A stretch of DNA of 64,000 nucleotides from assembly GCF_964355755.1 (NCBI RefSeq), contig NC_092678.1, positions 3,550,422-3,614,421 of the forward strand, read 5' to 3'. The position numbers were made by a program, and so were the translations under genes. The stretch is from Antedon mediterranea (lineage: Eukaryota > Animalia > Echinodermata). Of this stretch, positions 22,156-36,600 are shown piece after piece. Position 1 is the first letter of the stretch, and every line of letters starts with the position of its first letter. The notes beneath the pieces are model-generated. The model made no database searches. It worked only from the letters and a program-made list of their open reading frames with translations, and was not told where the DNA came from.

Positions 22156-23338
22156 TTAGGCCTGGATGTTAGATTTAGATCTGTATGCCATGTACCATAC
22201 AACTAGACTTGCTGCTGTTACTATCACTTCTGTTCTCACCCAAACACCAGTATTAACACCCTAAAAAAAGAAAAGGTAGATTTATTTAGTATTGAATACT
22301 TTTATTCTTATTTTGCTAAATGACTTTTGTTTTAAAAAACTTGTTTCTTCAATTATCAAAGTGTTTTACCTTGTGTACAACTGGGATTGTAATAAGAGGT
22401 TTAGAATCGGTTTTACCATCACGTTGCGCCTATAGGAAAGACAAAAATAATTTATGCAAATTACTATGCAAATATATTATTTTTACAATTTTAATCGAAA
22501 GTTTATTGTTACGTTTGATATCTACCTTTCTCATAGCACTAAATCCTTCTTCATCATAAATTTTGACATTATATTCACCGGCTTTGGCTGCATCATGTTC
22601 TTCAACCCAACTTACCTAAAAACAAATCAAAATTTATTTATTAAATATGTATCACTTTAGTTTCACAGATCAAGAATTTAATTGTAAATAAATACACAAA
22701 TGACTTACTTGGTACTGATTATCCCCAGTTCTACCAACCGGCATTTGATTACCATTTATATCAGCATTCAAAAATAAATTCTACAAATAATAAAATAAAA
22801 TTATGTTTAAATTAAATATTGAATTGTTTTATTTATTATTTGATTGTTTATAAACAAACGTTTGTACCATAGCATAGAGTATTAAACAACCATGAATCAG
22901 TGTACAAATATTACCTTAACTTTATTTTTACAATCCAATGTAAATTCAACAGTGAATACGGTTTTTGTTGATGTTATCCCATCTGTTGTTGTATAAAATT
23001 TATTTTTTATTTTTGCACCTTCACATTTTTGCCCTTTAAAAATAAAATAAAAATTTGATTAATAGGCTAAAAAAATTAACGTGAATAACATTTTTCTCGG
23101 CTAGGCCTAGATGGCACCAACTTTGATCGCCGGTCGGGAGGCCTATCTCCCGTGTGCGGTATGAGTCGAAACATCGTCCTTTGTCGCTGTCATTCTTTTC
23201 TATTTTTGACATAATTAGTCAAGTTATGGTGTGTGTTAAATGCAACTATGATATTACAATATAATAAATAAATGTAATCATACCTGATACTAGAAAAGGG
23301 ATAACAAGAAGGATGCTAAATATAACTAATTTTGCCAT
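22156..23338 (-). CDS. SSR4: Translocon-associated protein subunit delta (TRAP-delta), 166 aa
   Basis: Exons 23338-23284, 23033-22915, 22780-22709, 22615-22526, 22429-22370 and 22260-22156. Motifs: signal peptide, FYTTTDG...TVFTVEFTLDCKN, YQVSW, YDEEGFSAMRKAQR, WVRTEV, TM helix, KSNIQA stop. Not in the supplied ORF track because the exons are short. Confidence 0.95.
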
Positions 23339-23405
23339 ACTGATCTGGTAAAAAAAAACACCAAAAAGACGTGAAAACCGAAAGGACACGTCGCATCATT
23401 CTAAA

Positions 23406-23837
23406 CGATGAGGGCGCTAATTTGTTAAAATTACAATTTTTACATAAAAATGCCTAATAATATCCATATTCTTAAGCGAATAAATTTATTGAAATACAAA
23501 TTTAATATTTTTAATTTTTTTATAATTTTAAAGGATTATAAAATGCACAGTTTTTTAGCCTTTTGGAATGTATTATATTATAGTTTTAGTTGAGACTGTT
23601 ATTGTTAAATAATGGCTGCCCCCATGGCATGGGTCGGTAGCGATGAGGGCGCTAATTTGTTTGTTAAAATTAAATTTTGTACATACAAATTTTTAACAAT
23701 ATCCATATTATTAATCGAATACATTTATTGAAATACAAAGTTGACATTTAAATTTTATTCACTGTTTTTTAGCATTTTAGGGTGTATTTATTATAGTTTT
23801 AGTTGAGACTGTTGTTATAAAATCATAGCTGCCCCCC
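23406..23837. repeat. Tandem duplication (about 235 bp) inside the SSR4/GPKOW bidirectional promoter
   Basis: CGATGAGGGCGCTAATTTGTT...TATAGTTTTAGTTGAGACTGTT...GCTGCCCCC is present twice (23406 and 23641). Confidence 0.85.
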
Positions 23838-24028
23838 TAGGTCTAGGAGGAGGCCTAGGCCTAGCTAGGTTGGTAGCATAGTCCGAACAACGCGACGTTC
23901 CCTGTACGTTTGCACACAAACAAGACGTCGAAGGAGTACAATGTTTGCCTGAAGTTCTTGGGTTATTCTAATATAACTGACGGTATATACAGTGTATATT
24001 TTTAATACCACTATATATACACTTTACT

Positions 24029-27000
24029 ATGGCTTCCGATGATAATAAAAAACCTCTTTCATTTGGATTTTCAAAGAAAAAGAAGGAGACAAAGATTCTT
24101 GAACAAAAAAATGGTCTAGGCCTAGGCCTAGAAAGCAGTCTTGGGACTACAGGTAGTGCGAATGAGCATGACTTAATTACATCTCTGGAAGGCAAAAGGG
24201 TTGTAAGGTAAACAATGGAAACATTTTACTGTAGCTAGTCTAGGCTAGACTAGACCGTATCATCAATAGTTAAGTTAGTAAGTAGTAGTGTTGGCCCACC
24301 CAGGGAGTTTACAACTCTCTAATAAGACTCCCTGTGTAGGCCTATCTCAGCTAGGAAAGTAGTAGTAGTGTAGATATAATAATGAAATAGGCTTATCCTA
24401 GTACTATTACTACTAGGCCTAAGAAAAAAATGTAAATAAGATAAACAATAGAATAGGCTGAACTGTTTATTGTTTATATATTTTATACGTAAATGCATAA
24501 CTTTACTAATAATATTAAATTTCCACTTGTAGTGCTGTTCCCAGAGAAGAACCTAAGGAGTTGGTGATACCATTATTAAAAAGAAACACTTGGTCAATTG
24601 GTTCAAGATCATTGAAAAAGCCAAAGTTAAATGACAATGCAAATCCTGAAGAAACAAATGACTCGGTACCCAATTCATCTACTAATGAGAAAATAAAGCT
24701 AGAAGAGGCTGCTGTTCAGGAAATAATATCTGGTGTGTGTTGTCGTCCTACCATGAATTTATTATAAACATGATAATAATATTACATTACTGTATAAAGT
24801 AGACAATAAAATTAAATGTTATGCTTCTATTCTTTTTTTAACTTTAGATACAGCAAAACAGAATTTGGAATGGGAAGATAGGGGTAATGAAGATATGGGG
24901 ATGTCCATCCCTCTACTGATGCGGAACAAAGTACCAGATGGATTTGAGACTGATGAGAAGTTAGATGTCTCCATACGACCTGATGAGGTATCGAAATCAA
25001 CATCAGTGTCATTTGATCATTACCTGTGTTATCCGTTAATCCTAATTATTTTTAATCTGTTTTAAGATCATTTTTAACTCTTCAAATATTTAAATAAAGT
25101 GCTTATGCAAATAATTTTTTTGTTATGTTATTAGGCAACCGATGCTAATTATGATGAGGTTCCTATCACTCAGTTTGGATTAGCGATGCTACGAGGAATG
25201 GGATGGAAAGAAGGTGAAGGTATTGGAAAAAAAACAGAGTGAGTAATTAGGGAGGACAAAGTCTGTTCTAAAGTACCTTAAAAAGTTCATGGAAAAAAGT
25301 TTAATTTAAAAATGTTTTCTTCTTTGTTTCAGAGTAGTGAAAATGTTAGAACCTAAACCTAGGCCTAAAGGTCAAGGGTTAGGAGCAGCCCCTAAACCTC
25401 CTGAGTTATCAGGAAAAAGAAAAAGACCTCTGAAACCAGGAGAGAAGAGGCCAGAAGAAGCACCACCAGTAGGATATGCTAAAGGTGTTGGTGTTATAGT
25501 AACCAAAGGTCCGCACAAGAATATGTATGGTAGAGTAAGTGTATTTAAAAAATTATGTTTACCGTTTTACAGTTAGTCTTTTATTTTTAAATGAAATTTA
25601 CTCATTCCTTTTACTTTTTTTTAAAGATTGAAGGAGTAGATGAGGACAATGCACAACTTATATTAAAACTTGCAATTGGTGGCCAGACAGTAACAGTTAG
25701 CCAATATGTAGCGAATATTGTTGATGATCATGAATACAAGAAATATGCCAAAGACTTAAGTAAGTCGTTTTTTAAAAAGTGTAAGGCTACAGCAGTAACT
25801 TCAATTATTAAATGCTTCCTTCCTGTGATGATTTTATTATATTCATAACAAATATTTGATGACTTTCTTATTTTGTCAAATTCATTAGTTTAAGTCTGAG
25901 GAAGTTTTAAGCACACTGGAATATGCTTTGAAATTTTAATTATTTTTATTTTTTATCCTGTATTTAGCTATGTATTACTAGCTTTTTTCTAATTCTTTTT
26001 AAAGGTAGATTAAGTAAACCAAAAGATAAAGAACAAGATAAAGATTCAAGAAATGAAGACGTGTCAAAGATAAGAAAAAGAAGGGAAGAAGAAAAGTCTA
26101 CTGAAGAAAAAACACAAAGACATCAAAACCAAGATGATGATTATGAAAGAAGACAAAAGCATAAAGAAAAATATAAAGAATCCAAACACAGAGATGATAA
26201 AAATAAAGACAAATATAGAGATAGTAAATACAAAGAAGAATATAGGGACAGTAAAGTAGAAAGTAGACACCCTAACAAAGATAGAGAAAGCATGCATAGA
26301 AGAGATTACTTTGATGAAGACACACATAAAAGTAAAACAAAAGAAAGGTGTTGTTATAATTATTAATTTTTCAAAAAAGTAATTAAAAATTGTGTTTAAA
26401 ATTCCAACTACTGTATATAAATTCGTTTTGTTAATGTTACCATATAAATGATATTGTAATATTCTTTGTAGATCTAGTAAATCTTCACATTGGTTACAAG
26501 CAGATCTAAGAGTGCGATTTATAGACAAGGTGTACAAGAAGGGTAAATATTACATGTCAAAGGTCAACATAGAAGATGTTGTAACTCCAGATCAGTGTAC
26601 GTGTAAAACTGATGACGGTTACCTTATATATGGTACGTATTGGGTAATTAGTCGTGTTGTCTGACTGCAAAATCCTGTCAACTTGACTTTATAATCTTCA
26701 GGAAATACAGTAGCTACTGTATAACAAATTAAAATATTGATAGTTATTTGCTGTTTATAATATGCTTGCTTTTATCTTTATAAAGATGTTTTGGAATCGA
26801 TGTTAGAAACTGTTATTCCAAAAAGTGATCCTGGACATATAATGATTGTACTTGGAAAACATAAAGGAAAGGTACAGTAGTTATACATACATGCTATATC
26901 TCTGGCATCTAACTAAATTACTAGGCTATATAATGTACAGTAATCAATTTTTTCATGGACAATGAAAACTTTTCATATACGCCTACATATTTTTTTCTTT

Positions 27001-27144
27001 TAGCTTGGTATAGTCATAAAAAAGCACAAAGATCGACAAAAAGTGGATATCCAGCTCCTCCAAGACCGAGATAAAATTGTGCATTTAAATTATGAAGAAA
27101 TATGTCAATATGCTGGCGATATACACAACAACGAAGACTTTTAG
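24029..27144 (+). CDS. GPKOW: G-patch and KOW motifs-containing protein (Spp2/MOS2 family splicing factor)
   Basis: About 10 exons. Motifs: SFGF N-terminus, ELVIPL, IPLLMRNKVPDGFETDEKLDVSIRPDE, G-patch YDEVPITQFGLAMLRGMGWKEGEGIGK, RPKGQGLGA, KOW motifs, WLQADLRVRFIDK, LETVIPK. Stop TAG at 27142-27144. Confidence 0.95.
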
Positions 27145-27418
27145 CAGTATACACATTTTTGCAGAATTATGACCTCTAAAGTCAAATTTATAGTTTTATA
27201 TGTACATGTGTATGTGAATAAATTATATGTAATTACTGTATTGTACTGTATCATTGGTTTGGTTTTTTTGTAAACGCGTAGAGCAATGTTCAATTGAGAA
27301 GTACAGTATATACTGTATATATATTTTTATACACAGTTTACCTAATTGTATTCACAAGGATAAATAAATAAAAACTGAGTGAATGAAATGTTTGGCAATG
27401 ATCAACCATGGGATTTGG

Positions 27419-27457
27419 GTTGAACCAGAGAGAATTCAATCTTCTCTATGTTTGAAC
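27419..27457. mobile_element. Imperfect CA...TG palindrome with a 7-bp direct repeat (P-element-like footprint)
   Basis: GTTGAAC-CAGAGAGAATTCAATCTTCTCTATG-TTTGAAC. Confidence 0.45.
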
Positions 27458-29000
27458 GCCACTTTTTTTGTTTACGAACACGCCCAGTCTGCTGTAGCGC
27501 TGCCTAAAAACAGAGTAACAAGTTATTAACAAAACAAAGACAATGCGTGAAATTCTTTTGTTTTCTTTATTTTACATTGAAAAGGGCCACTTATGAGTCA
27601 GTGTTGTAATTGTTAAGGGTCTTCTTTTTGTTTTGCCATTTTGTTAGGAATACCTTTCTTGGTACAGTAAAAGCTGACTCTTGACATTATTCAATCATAA
27701 TATTATTGTACAGTAATAACATGGTAGACCTCCATGATAGTACTGTACTGTATATTGAAATGATATAATAGTGGTACAAGCAATAATCTTGTACAATAAT
27801 ATTTATAGTCAAAATTTGAAAGAAATATCACCTCAGTAAAGGTATATATAATCATATATATGAGTATAATTCTCAAATATATTATTCGCCTTATACTCAT
27901 CATCGGTGACTTTAAAAAATAACAAACACACAAAACAAACATGCAAATGGTAAGAGGAGCACTTATTCAGTTTGAAAACTTTGGTTCACATGTTCTCAAA
28001 TTGGAGAAGAGATTCGATACCAAAAAATGTCGTCAAAAATGCTACAACTCAAACCAAAACGATTTACACGACAAAACGAACACACGAAAATAAAAATAAA
28101 CTAATAACAATAAATTTCAATAAAGAAAATAATCAGACAACACACACACACGTCCACTCTCTGTCATGCCTTAAAAAAAAGTGAATGCGATTGTAAACAA
28201 GCTTAACCTTTGACATTTTCTCACAAAATATTGTTTATAAATCTAAACAAACACACTATAAAATATAACTTTGATAATAAATGTTTGTTTAATAAATAAG
28301 TGTTGTCGATTAGTAATTTTATTTGGGAACCAATTATTTCAAAATAATATTATCAATTTTTAAATTTATAATATTAAACATTTTTTATAAATCATCAATA
28401 AGCGATATCGGCGGCCTAGCGCGATTGCCAAGGCAGAATGTAAAACAGTATTTGTGCGAACCAAACACACACGTGTGTTATTGGTAAGTTTCCGGGCTGA
28501 AATCTCATTTTTTGTAGTTTTTACTTTACCAATACATATTTTTAAAGTAATTAAGATAATTCAAATAAGTATAAGTTGTATTCTTGTTAGGATGGACTTG
28601 AAATAAGTCGGCTAGGCATGCAAGTATTACTTCTAGGCCTACTACTAATATCCCGGCCTCTAGCTAGCTAGCTAGGCTATCTGGCCTACTAACTAGGCCG
28701 GGAGGGCTAAAATCTAAAGCCTTTTTACCGTGAGTGTCTCTCCGTCCGTGTCAGTTAGCAGGCATACAGTACTAAAGTACACTACTACTAGCCTAGAAGC
28801 CCAGGTCTACTAAGTCTTAGTAGGTTAGCCTAATTTTAATCCATATTCCATAATTAATAGGCCTACTGTAACCCCTAACTAAACTAACTACTGAAATAGT
28901 AATAATTAATAGTAATATTAATAAGGACATTTCTCTGATGGAATAAACAATTTTCTAATATATTATCTCATCTTTATTTTGTGGTATAGTACTAGAAGAG

Positions 29001-29952
29001 ATGGCAAAGAGTATCAGAAGTAAGAGGAAAAGAAAGTTAAGGAATATTAAAAGAGTTAGAAATGCGCCAAAAGAACTACAAAGACTTAAAAAATGCCTCA
29101 ACATGGCAGGTGCAGATACCGAGCCAAAAAGATATGATTGTAAGTTTATGCTCATAGTGACATATTATGATTTCTTGTTTACTTTTTGTTTACATCATAC
29201 ATCAGAGCAATTAATTATTGAAGTAAAGTTATAAACTGTATGGTTTTGTCTTTTTTTGTCAACTGATGATGAACTTGAACCAAGTAACAAGAAATTTGAG
29301 CTTCTTGCTCACCTATATAAATGACTACTTTCTTTATTTATTTTGTTTAGTTGCGGACATACGAGAATTAATCAAAAAGGAGGAAGTAAACCAAGCTACA
29401 GGTTCTCGTTATAATCTTAGTAAAATCCAAGGTTACAATTATTTTGGAATGGAGGTACAGGAAAGTATCGAGGCTGCACCAATACCTTCTGTGGCGAAAG
29501 GAAAAAAACCAAGGCGTAAGAAAAATAGTATGGATGTGGATGAGAATAAAGATGGAGGTAGGTTGTGTAAACATTTACAAAGCACACCCAGTACTGTAAT
29601 AGGATCTGGGGGATTAGAGGGGTTGGGGAATTGGGAAGTTCAGCAATTAAAATTCACAATTGTTAGTTCCTCAGCCCCTATTTCAAAATCATTAATCTGT
29701 CACTGAATCATCGCTGGTACTATTTCATTATAACTACTGTGTACACTACATGTTTCTACAGATGATGATAATGAAGATGATGATAACGCAAACATGGAGA
29801 TTGACTCAAAACGAAACGTAAAAACTTTGAAGAATGAACACGGAAACTATCCAAAATGGATGAACCACAGACAAGTAAAGAAAATGAGAGCAAAAAATGC
29901 ACATGGTAAAGTGAAAAAGAAAAAAACAAACAAGAAAAAGATTGCTTGGTAA
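29001..29952 (+). CDS. LLPH: Protein LLP homolog (LAPS18 family)
   Basis: Exons 29001-29139, 29351-29557 and 29762-29952. Starts MAKSIRSKRKRKLR...APKELQRLKK and ends TLKNEHGNYPKWMNHRQ...KKKIAW stop. Confidence 0.93.
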
Positions 29953-30605
29953 ATTTGTTCTGTCCGGTGAATTAAGAAAGAGTCTCTATAATAACTATAA
30001 TGTACTGGTGGTTTTAATCTATTTGTTGAACCAATGTGTTGCTTTAAATGCTTAAGTTTGTGATGTTGTCTTGTACATTTAAGAGTAAGAAACAAATTAG
30101 GTGTCGGCTTTTTCCAGTAAGTAAATAAATAAACCTTCAATACATCAATCAATCATCCAATTATACACAATTACAATTTATCTTTGGAATGTTTATCGTT
30201 TTACACACACTTTGCACTTTACAATTTCTTTGGCATTTATCATTTAAATCATTTGTATTCAAAATTAATATTTAAAACTAATCAAATAAGCAATATAAAA
30301 ATACAGAACTTAGAGAAGACAATCAACACTTAACAAGGAAAGTGAGAATAAGTGATTGATCCAGATTCTGCACACTGCCTTAGTTTAACTATAGATAGGT
30401 ATGATAAAATCTTAACATTTAGCATAAAATAAATAGTTAATTACATTTATACATTGTATTTATTTATATATACAATAAATATGTGTAGACCACCAAAGTC
30501 TATACATTATATAATTGCTAAGCCATATTATTTGTGTTAAGTATTGTTTTCGATGTATTCCTTATGAAGAATACTGAAATTGTGTAGAAGATGCCTGTTG
30601 ATGAC

Positions 30606-33600
30606 TTAACGTTGAGATAATATGCTTGAACCTTTCTTGGATGATAGAATTCTTGGAAGACTACTGTAAAAATAATAACGATAATAAATGTCATCAATAT
30701 TATGTGTCATTTTTTCTGTCAATATGATTCTGCAAAAATTATTCCTTCTTTAAGATAACAGTTAAAGGCATGAAGGAATTAGTTTAGGCTGAACTAATTT
30801 CTTCATTTTTTAAGCATATAATATTATTATGTTTTACCGTGTCGGTGTCAGTGATTCGCGTTTTAACAAGTCTCCGTTCTCAATGAAAGATTTGATTGGT
30901 TTTGATGGTTGTTTCTTTTCATAAGCTTCAATGAACTCTCGCCTTAGTGGTAGCCCAAGAGGATTCATGTCGCGCTGCTGACTGTTATCATTTTTCTGCG
31001 TATATTTTTCTTCCATGTTCAATGGATTATCGATTATGTTTTCATGCATCGACAGAAATAAAGGTATATATGCCATGTAGTCTATGAAAGATATCTGAAA
31101 AATAAACGAAAAGAGGATATTTAAATGCTGAATTAAAATGCAGAATTGATAATTGTCATTGAAACATGAAACATTCCCCTATCGACATGTGTTCGTTGGT
31201 AGGTACAATTATAATGCAACTTACGTCACTGTATTCATTTGGTTTCATTAATTTCATGACGTATTGCTCCTGTGCTCTATTTAACCCGCCAGCTCTCAGT
31301 TCAATTTGTAATGATTCGGAAGTGATATGGTTGTCACTTCGTTCAGAATTCACGTTACAATAAAACATCGCCTGCAAAAGTAGTAGAATGATAAAGATCA
31401 AATAAGTTAAAACTGCCTCAATATAGATTTATTTTAACGACATGTTTTGGGCATAGCCCCCATCATCAGGTGAAAAGAATTGTAACAAAGGATAACATAT
31501 ATAGAATGGTAATATACTAAGTCAGGAATAATAGGCATTATTAACTTAGAAATAGTGATTTCATTTTAGTTTACATTATCTTATTAGGGAAATGGACTGT
31601 AGATAATACATGATATATATAGTCATATATTAAGTACAGTATTGGCTTTAAAGAATCATAGGCCTACTGCTGTATTTTGTAATATGGTTCTTGTCTTTTA
31701 AACACTGCAATACTACGTACCTTGTATAGTTCCATTTTACGTTCTATATCCATCAAATCAGATATGTCAATTAAATGTTGACTGATCGGGCTGTAAGTAA
31801 AAAAAAAATTAACCAAAAAGTTAAGCATGTATAACGTTGGCAATTAAATTATGTACAAGTATTGTGGCGTAAAGTTATGCCAACTCACTCCATTGTGCAC
31901 ATTCTTTCTCCAAGTGCAGCCATAACTGAAAACATTTTGAATGTAATCATTGAATGTTCGTCGATATTCAATACCTAGAAAATAAAAACGGTTACATTAT
32001 AATAACACTTTGAACATGTTTCAGTCTGCCTTTCCATATTACAAACTTAAGATCATAGTCATCTTGGTCCACGTCTTTGTATCGTCAAGTTTGTTGTTTG
32101 TTTATTTTTATTTACCTTGAGGGCGTATGCAAGTTGTTTGGGTTTAAGTGTCTGTAAAGTTGGTATCCCTTCGATTGCTCCCTTAAGCTCCTGTAAAATA
32201 AAACAATTGGCATTTATGTTCCTAATTGAATCAATTACTATCGTAGGAATGATTAGTAAAGGTGATAGCATTTGAAAATGAAATACGCACATTTAAATTG
32301 ATGACGCAATTGAAATCGTCATCCTCAACAACAAATGCTTTGCCGTACGGATCAAGCTTTCTTTTTGCCACAAGTCTAAAATGCGATATGTAATCTATGG
32401 AACTATCTGTAGGAGGAGAAAAAAAACCAATTATTAATTTGTTTTACAGACATTAGAATGATAAAAAGTCGATGGACGTGCAGGCGAGATATATCGTGGA
32501 TGTGACATATTCTAAGAAAAGATGAAGATGAACCAGAAAAGGTAGGCTTTGACCGTTACCTCTTTCATCAATAAATATCGCTCTTTTGTCCCCTCGTTGT
32601 TTGTAGTCGTTCAGTTCTTCCGCTGTTGTCAGTACATCATCCAAATGTTTTTGGAGAACTTCACCATTTTTGCGAAAGGCATGCAGTACTTTCTTGATTC
32701 CAGTAACTGGAAAAAAATCACACCATTGAGAAGGAAATATTATTGAGAATGATAATAAATGTACGTTTTCTTATTATAACTACTGTACCTTGCCAATAAG
32801 ACTACTAGGCCTACTTACATTTTACTCGGCCACCTTCAGTTGGCGTCTTTGGCGGCGGTGGTGTTGGTTGAAAACCTCCCCACGATTCATTTTCCAATAT
32901 GATAGTCTTGGGATTAATCAGTAACGTTGGTTGTGAGACCAGTTTCCCATCCTCGTCAATAATTACTGATTCGGCGTCATCATCATCATCTGCCGCCACT
33001 GTTCCATCCATCTTTAGACGAATTTTACCAACGAATTTGCCTGCGGCGCGCATGCTCTGTGGGATTTTCACTCGAATTCTGGTACCATCTGGAGCGGTTA
33101 GTTCCAGCATTTCACCTATGATAAATAGGATAACAGTTCGAAAATTGTTACGCTATTATTGTAACTGTGAGACGGCCATGCTTTTCTTATCTTATTACTT
33201 AATAATCTCAAACTAAAATTGTAATGTTGCTAACATAGTGTTCATTTACGCTTGCGAGTATTGAAATGTTATTTATAATCATCTCCAAATGACTCACTTT
33301 TGGCTTTGTCTTTTTTGCTTTTTCCCTTGCGAGGTTTGTCTTTATTTCCAAACCTGTAAATGCAAAAGTACATACAAATTTACATTTATTCAGTTACTTT
33401 TTTCCAGTGTATGATGCTTAAAATTCAGTGAATGTTTTACTTACACTCCATCGTCCGAACTGTCATCGGATTCGTCACCTTTTCCTTTTCTACCACCTTT
33501 CTTCTTTTTGCCTTCTTTTAATTTCTTGATTACTTTTTTAATTTCTTCGTCTCCCATTTCGTCAATATCTACTTCATCTTCTTCACTATCAGACCCGTGT

Positions 33601-36600
33601 CCTGCCTTTCCTCTATTATAGAGAATATTAGAATAAATGATTGACATACAATAATATGGAGTTTGCATCATTACATTATAATTCATCATCCACATTTTGA
33701 CAAAATACTGATTTAACAATTACCTTTTATCTTTTAATCGGATTTTTGCTTTCAGAATATTCTTTGATAATTGTCTCTCGTCCTTTAATTTCTTTTTCTT
33801 CTTCTCTTTGACTCTCTTCTTTTCTCCTTCACTTAGATCACTGTCTATACCACTAATTTCGTCGCTGTTGACACTTTCGATTGAACTAGCGGAGCTCATT
33901 CGTTCCATCTCCTTTTTCAGTTCAACCACACGCCTATGAAAACGAATAAGTGTCATCGTTACATAATGTATTATATAATTTCTAATTATTCAATTAATTC
34001 TCAGCTCTCGTACCTTATTTGAGTTTGAACCAAAGCAGCTGTACCCAACCTCTTCAACTTTATTAACTTATTTTCAAGCAATGTTTTTATTCATACCTCC
34101 GTTTTTCTTTTTCCTTCTTTTTGGCTTTCCATTCTTCTTTCTTCTTCTCAGTTTTCTCCTCAAATCTCTTCGCTTTCTTTGCTTCCCTTTTCTGTAATTT
34201 CTTTTCTGCTATTAAAACTTTCCTCTCCTCATCTCCTAAGTTACTGTCTACGTCAGAAATGTCGTCACTACCTACACTGCTGACGTCACCAACGCTACTT
34301 ACCGGGCTCATCTTGCCTCTATTTCTATCAAAGTATTAACATAATTTGTTGATTACAAATATTGAATCTAAGAAAGTTATTTATTTGTTTATAATTTAAA
34401 GTAATAAAATTAGAACCTACTTTCGTCTTTGTTTTTTTTTCTCTTCTTTCTTTTTCTTTTTCTCCTTAATCTTCTCTTGTTTTTCAATTCTTTTTGTTTC
34501 CCTCTTTTCTTCTCGATCTTTCTTTCTTACTCCTTCCTTTTGTTCTTGCTTTTCCGCCTGTTTCTCTTGTTTTTTCTTTTCCTTCTTTTCTTGTTTCAGT
34601 CGTTTCAATTCCTCTTTTGTATAGTCGCCTTCAATACTTGATAGATCACTACTATCAACACTACTAACGCTACTGGCACTGCTAACAGCCGAGCTACTCG
34701 AAGGGCTGTACATTGATGAACTGTAATATAATAAACAGAAAACTTTATTGATATAATTGTCCTTGTTTATTTTATCATAGACCTATTTTAGTTTCGGCAA
34801 AACGCAATCGTCACAGAATGAAGGTTTGGAAAATCTGTCGCCTGCGTTGCGCGTATATCTTGCGATGCAATTTCTTCTTAGTATGAACAATGAGTTTCTC
34901 TGTTTACGGCTTTTAAAGTTATAAATTGTATATTATGTTAAAAGTTGATTGTTTGTTAAATATTAAAACTTACCCGTCGGAACTGGACTCATAAGAAGAG
35001 TCGCTGTCATATCCCCCAGAACCTATGAAATAAAAGTATATAACGTTTTATTTAATTCTTATAGATAATTTATTCGATGACTTGAATAGTTGATTTAATA
35101 TGTAGATGAAATAATAATTGTATGGTTACAAATCTGGAAGAAGACTCGGTATTATAATAGTTTAAATTAATTAACAACAAGTTTGATAGAAGATAAAGAA
35201 AGCAATAGACAAACAAAGTGTACTACGTGTCCAAAAGTGTGTCAAACCATACAACCACCATGTGCAAAAACCATCTATTTGTGCGGTGTGTACCATCTAT
35301 ACCTGACATACCGTGAAAGCGAAGCTTTTTGCTTGAAACAGTGTGTTGTGCTTTTGACTTATCCGAAGGTTTGGTGATGGATAAAGAATCGCTAGAAAGG
35401 GAATTATTATCCCCGTCATCTGCATTACGACGTCGACCCCACTTTTTATGGCGTCGACGTTTTCCGTGATTACCATGTGATATAGTTGAGTCTTCTGACG
35501 TATTAATTTCGTCACCGGTCTTTTGCGCTCGTTTTCCTTTACGACCTTTTTTCTTCCGTCGCTTTTTAGGTTTACCGTCTGAGTCAAGAGATTTTTCGCT
35601 GCTGTCTGTGTTGGAGGAAGAAGACTCATCATTCGTTTCATGTTTCCGGTGTCGACGGCGCCTTCGTTTTGGTTTGCCGTCTTCGTCTAGTTCACCTTCC
35701 TCATCCTACGTAGATGGGGATATAACAGTAGCAAGATTGTTGTCAATGTATGTTCAGTTGTGATATTGTTTGTGTGTGAAAGTTAACTATTAGATAAAGA
35801 GAATCATTTGCCAGAAACAGAAATTAGAAAGCTTACTGAATACGATGCTGATTGGTCCGATCCGTCATTATCGCTATGTTGTGATTTTCTTCCTTTTCGT
35901 CTCCTTCTCTTTTTACTTCTGTCTTTTCCCCCATCATGTTCGTCTTCATTCGACAACGTTGAGTAATCACTAGAATGACTACAGTCTCGACTTCTCTGAT
36001 TCCTGCGACGTTTCCTACGTTCGCCGTCCTCGCCAACTTCAGATACACTACCAGAACTGTAACTACCGTCGTCGTCTCGATGGCCACCGTCCCTTTTGTG
36101 CCTTCGGTTTCTTCTACCACGCCCTTATTTAAGTATTAAACATGATAATGTTCCCGTACTTCCACAAGTGGGAAGAAGCATTAAGGCAGTGACAACGTGT
36201 TATTACAACTTGTGCAATCAGAAAATAATTAATTGTGAAGAAATGATTTTATCACAATCAGTTACAAAATACAAACCATCCGAAAAAGGTAAAGCGGCGA
36301 CAAATCTGAAGGATGTTTAGTAAAAACAGTTTCATATAACTGTATGATTTATGTATTTTTTATAATTTTTTTTGGCATGGTTGGTATTTTGGTAACCAAG
36401 AAAGTTTAGCTTTAAAGCTAAAGTAGTTATGACGTCAGAGCCGTCATCTGTGTGTGAATACTTAATAGTGCATCATTAAACTTACTTGAATCTGTACTGT
36501 CGTAACTACTTTCATCTGAATATGACTTAGAGTGGTCGTTCGAATGGCGTCTTCGGTGCCGTCGACGACGACGTCGATGATGACTCCCATCTGTTTCATC

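Noticed and set aside
26064-26537. 157-aa hydrophobic minus-strand ORF
   Set aside because: It is the antisense shadow of the Lys/Glu/Arg-rich GPKOW exon.
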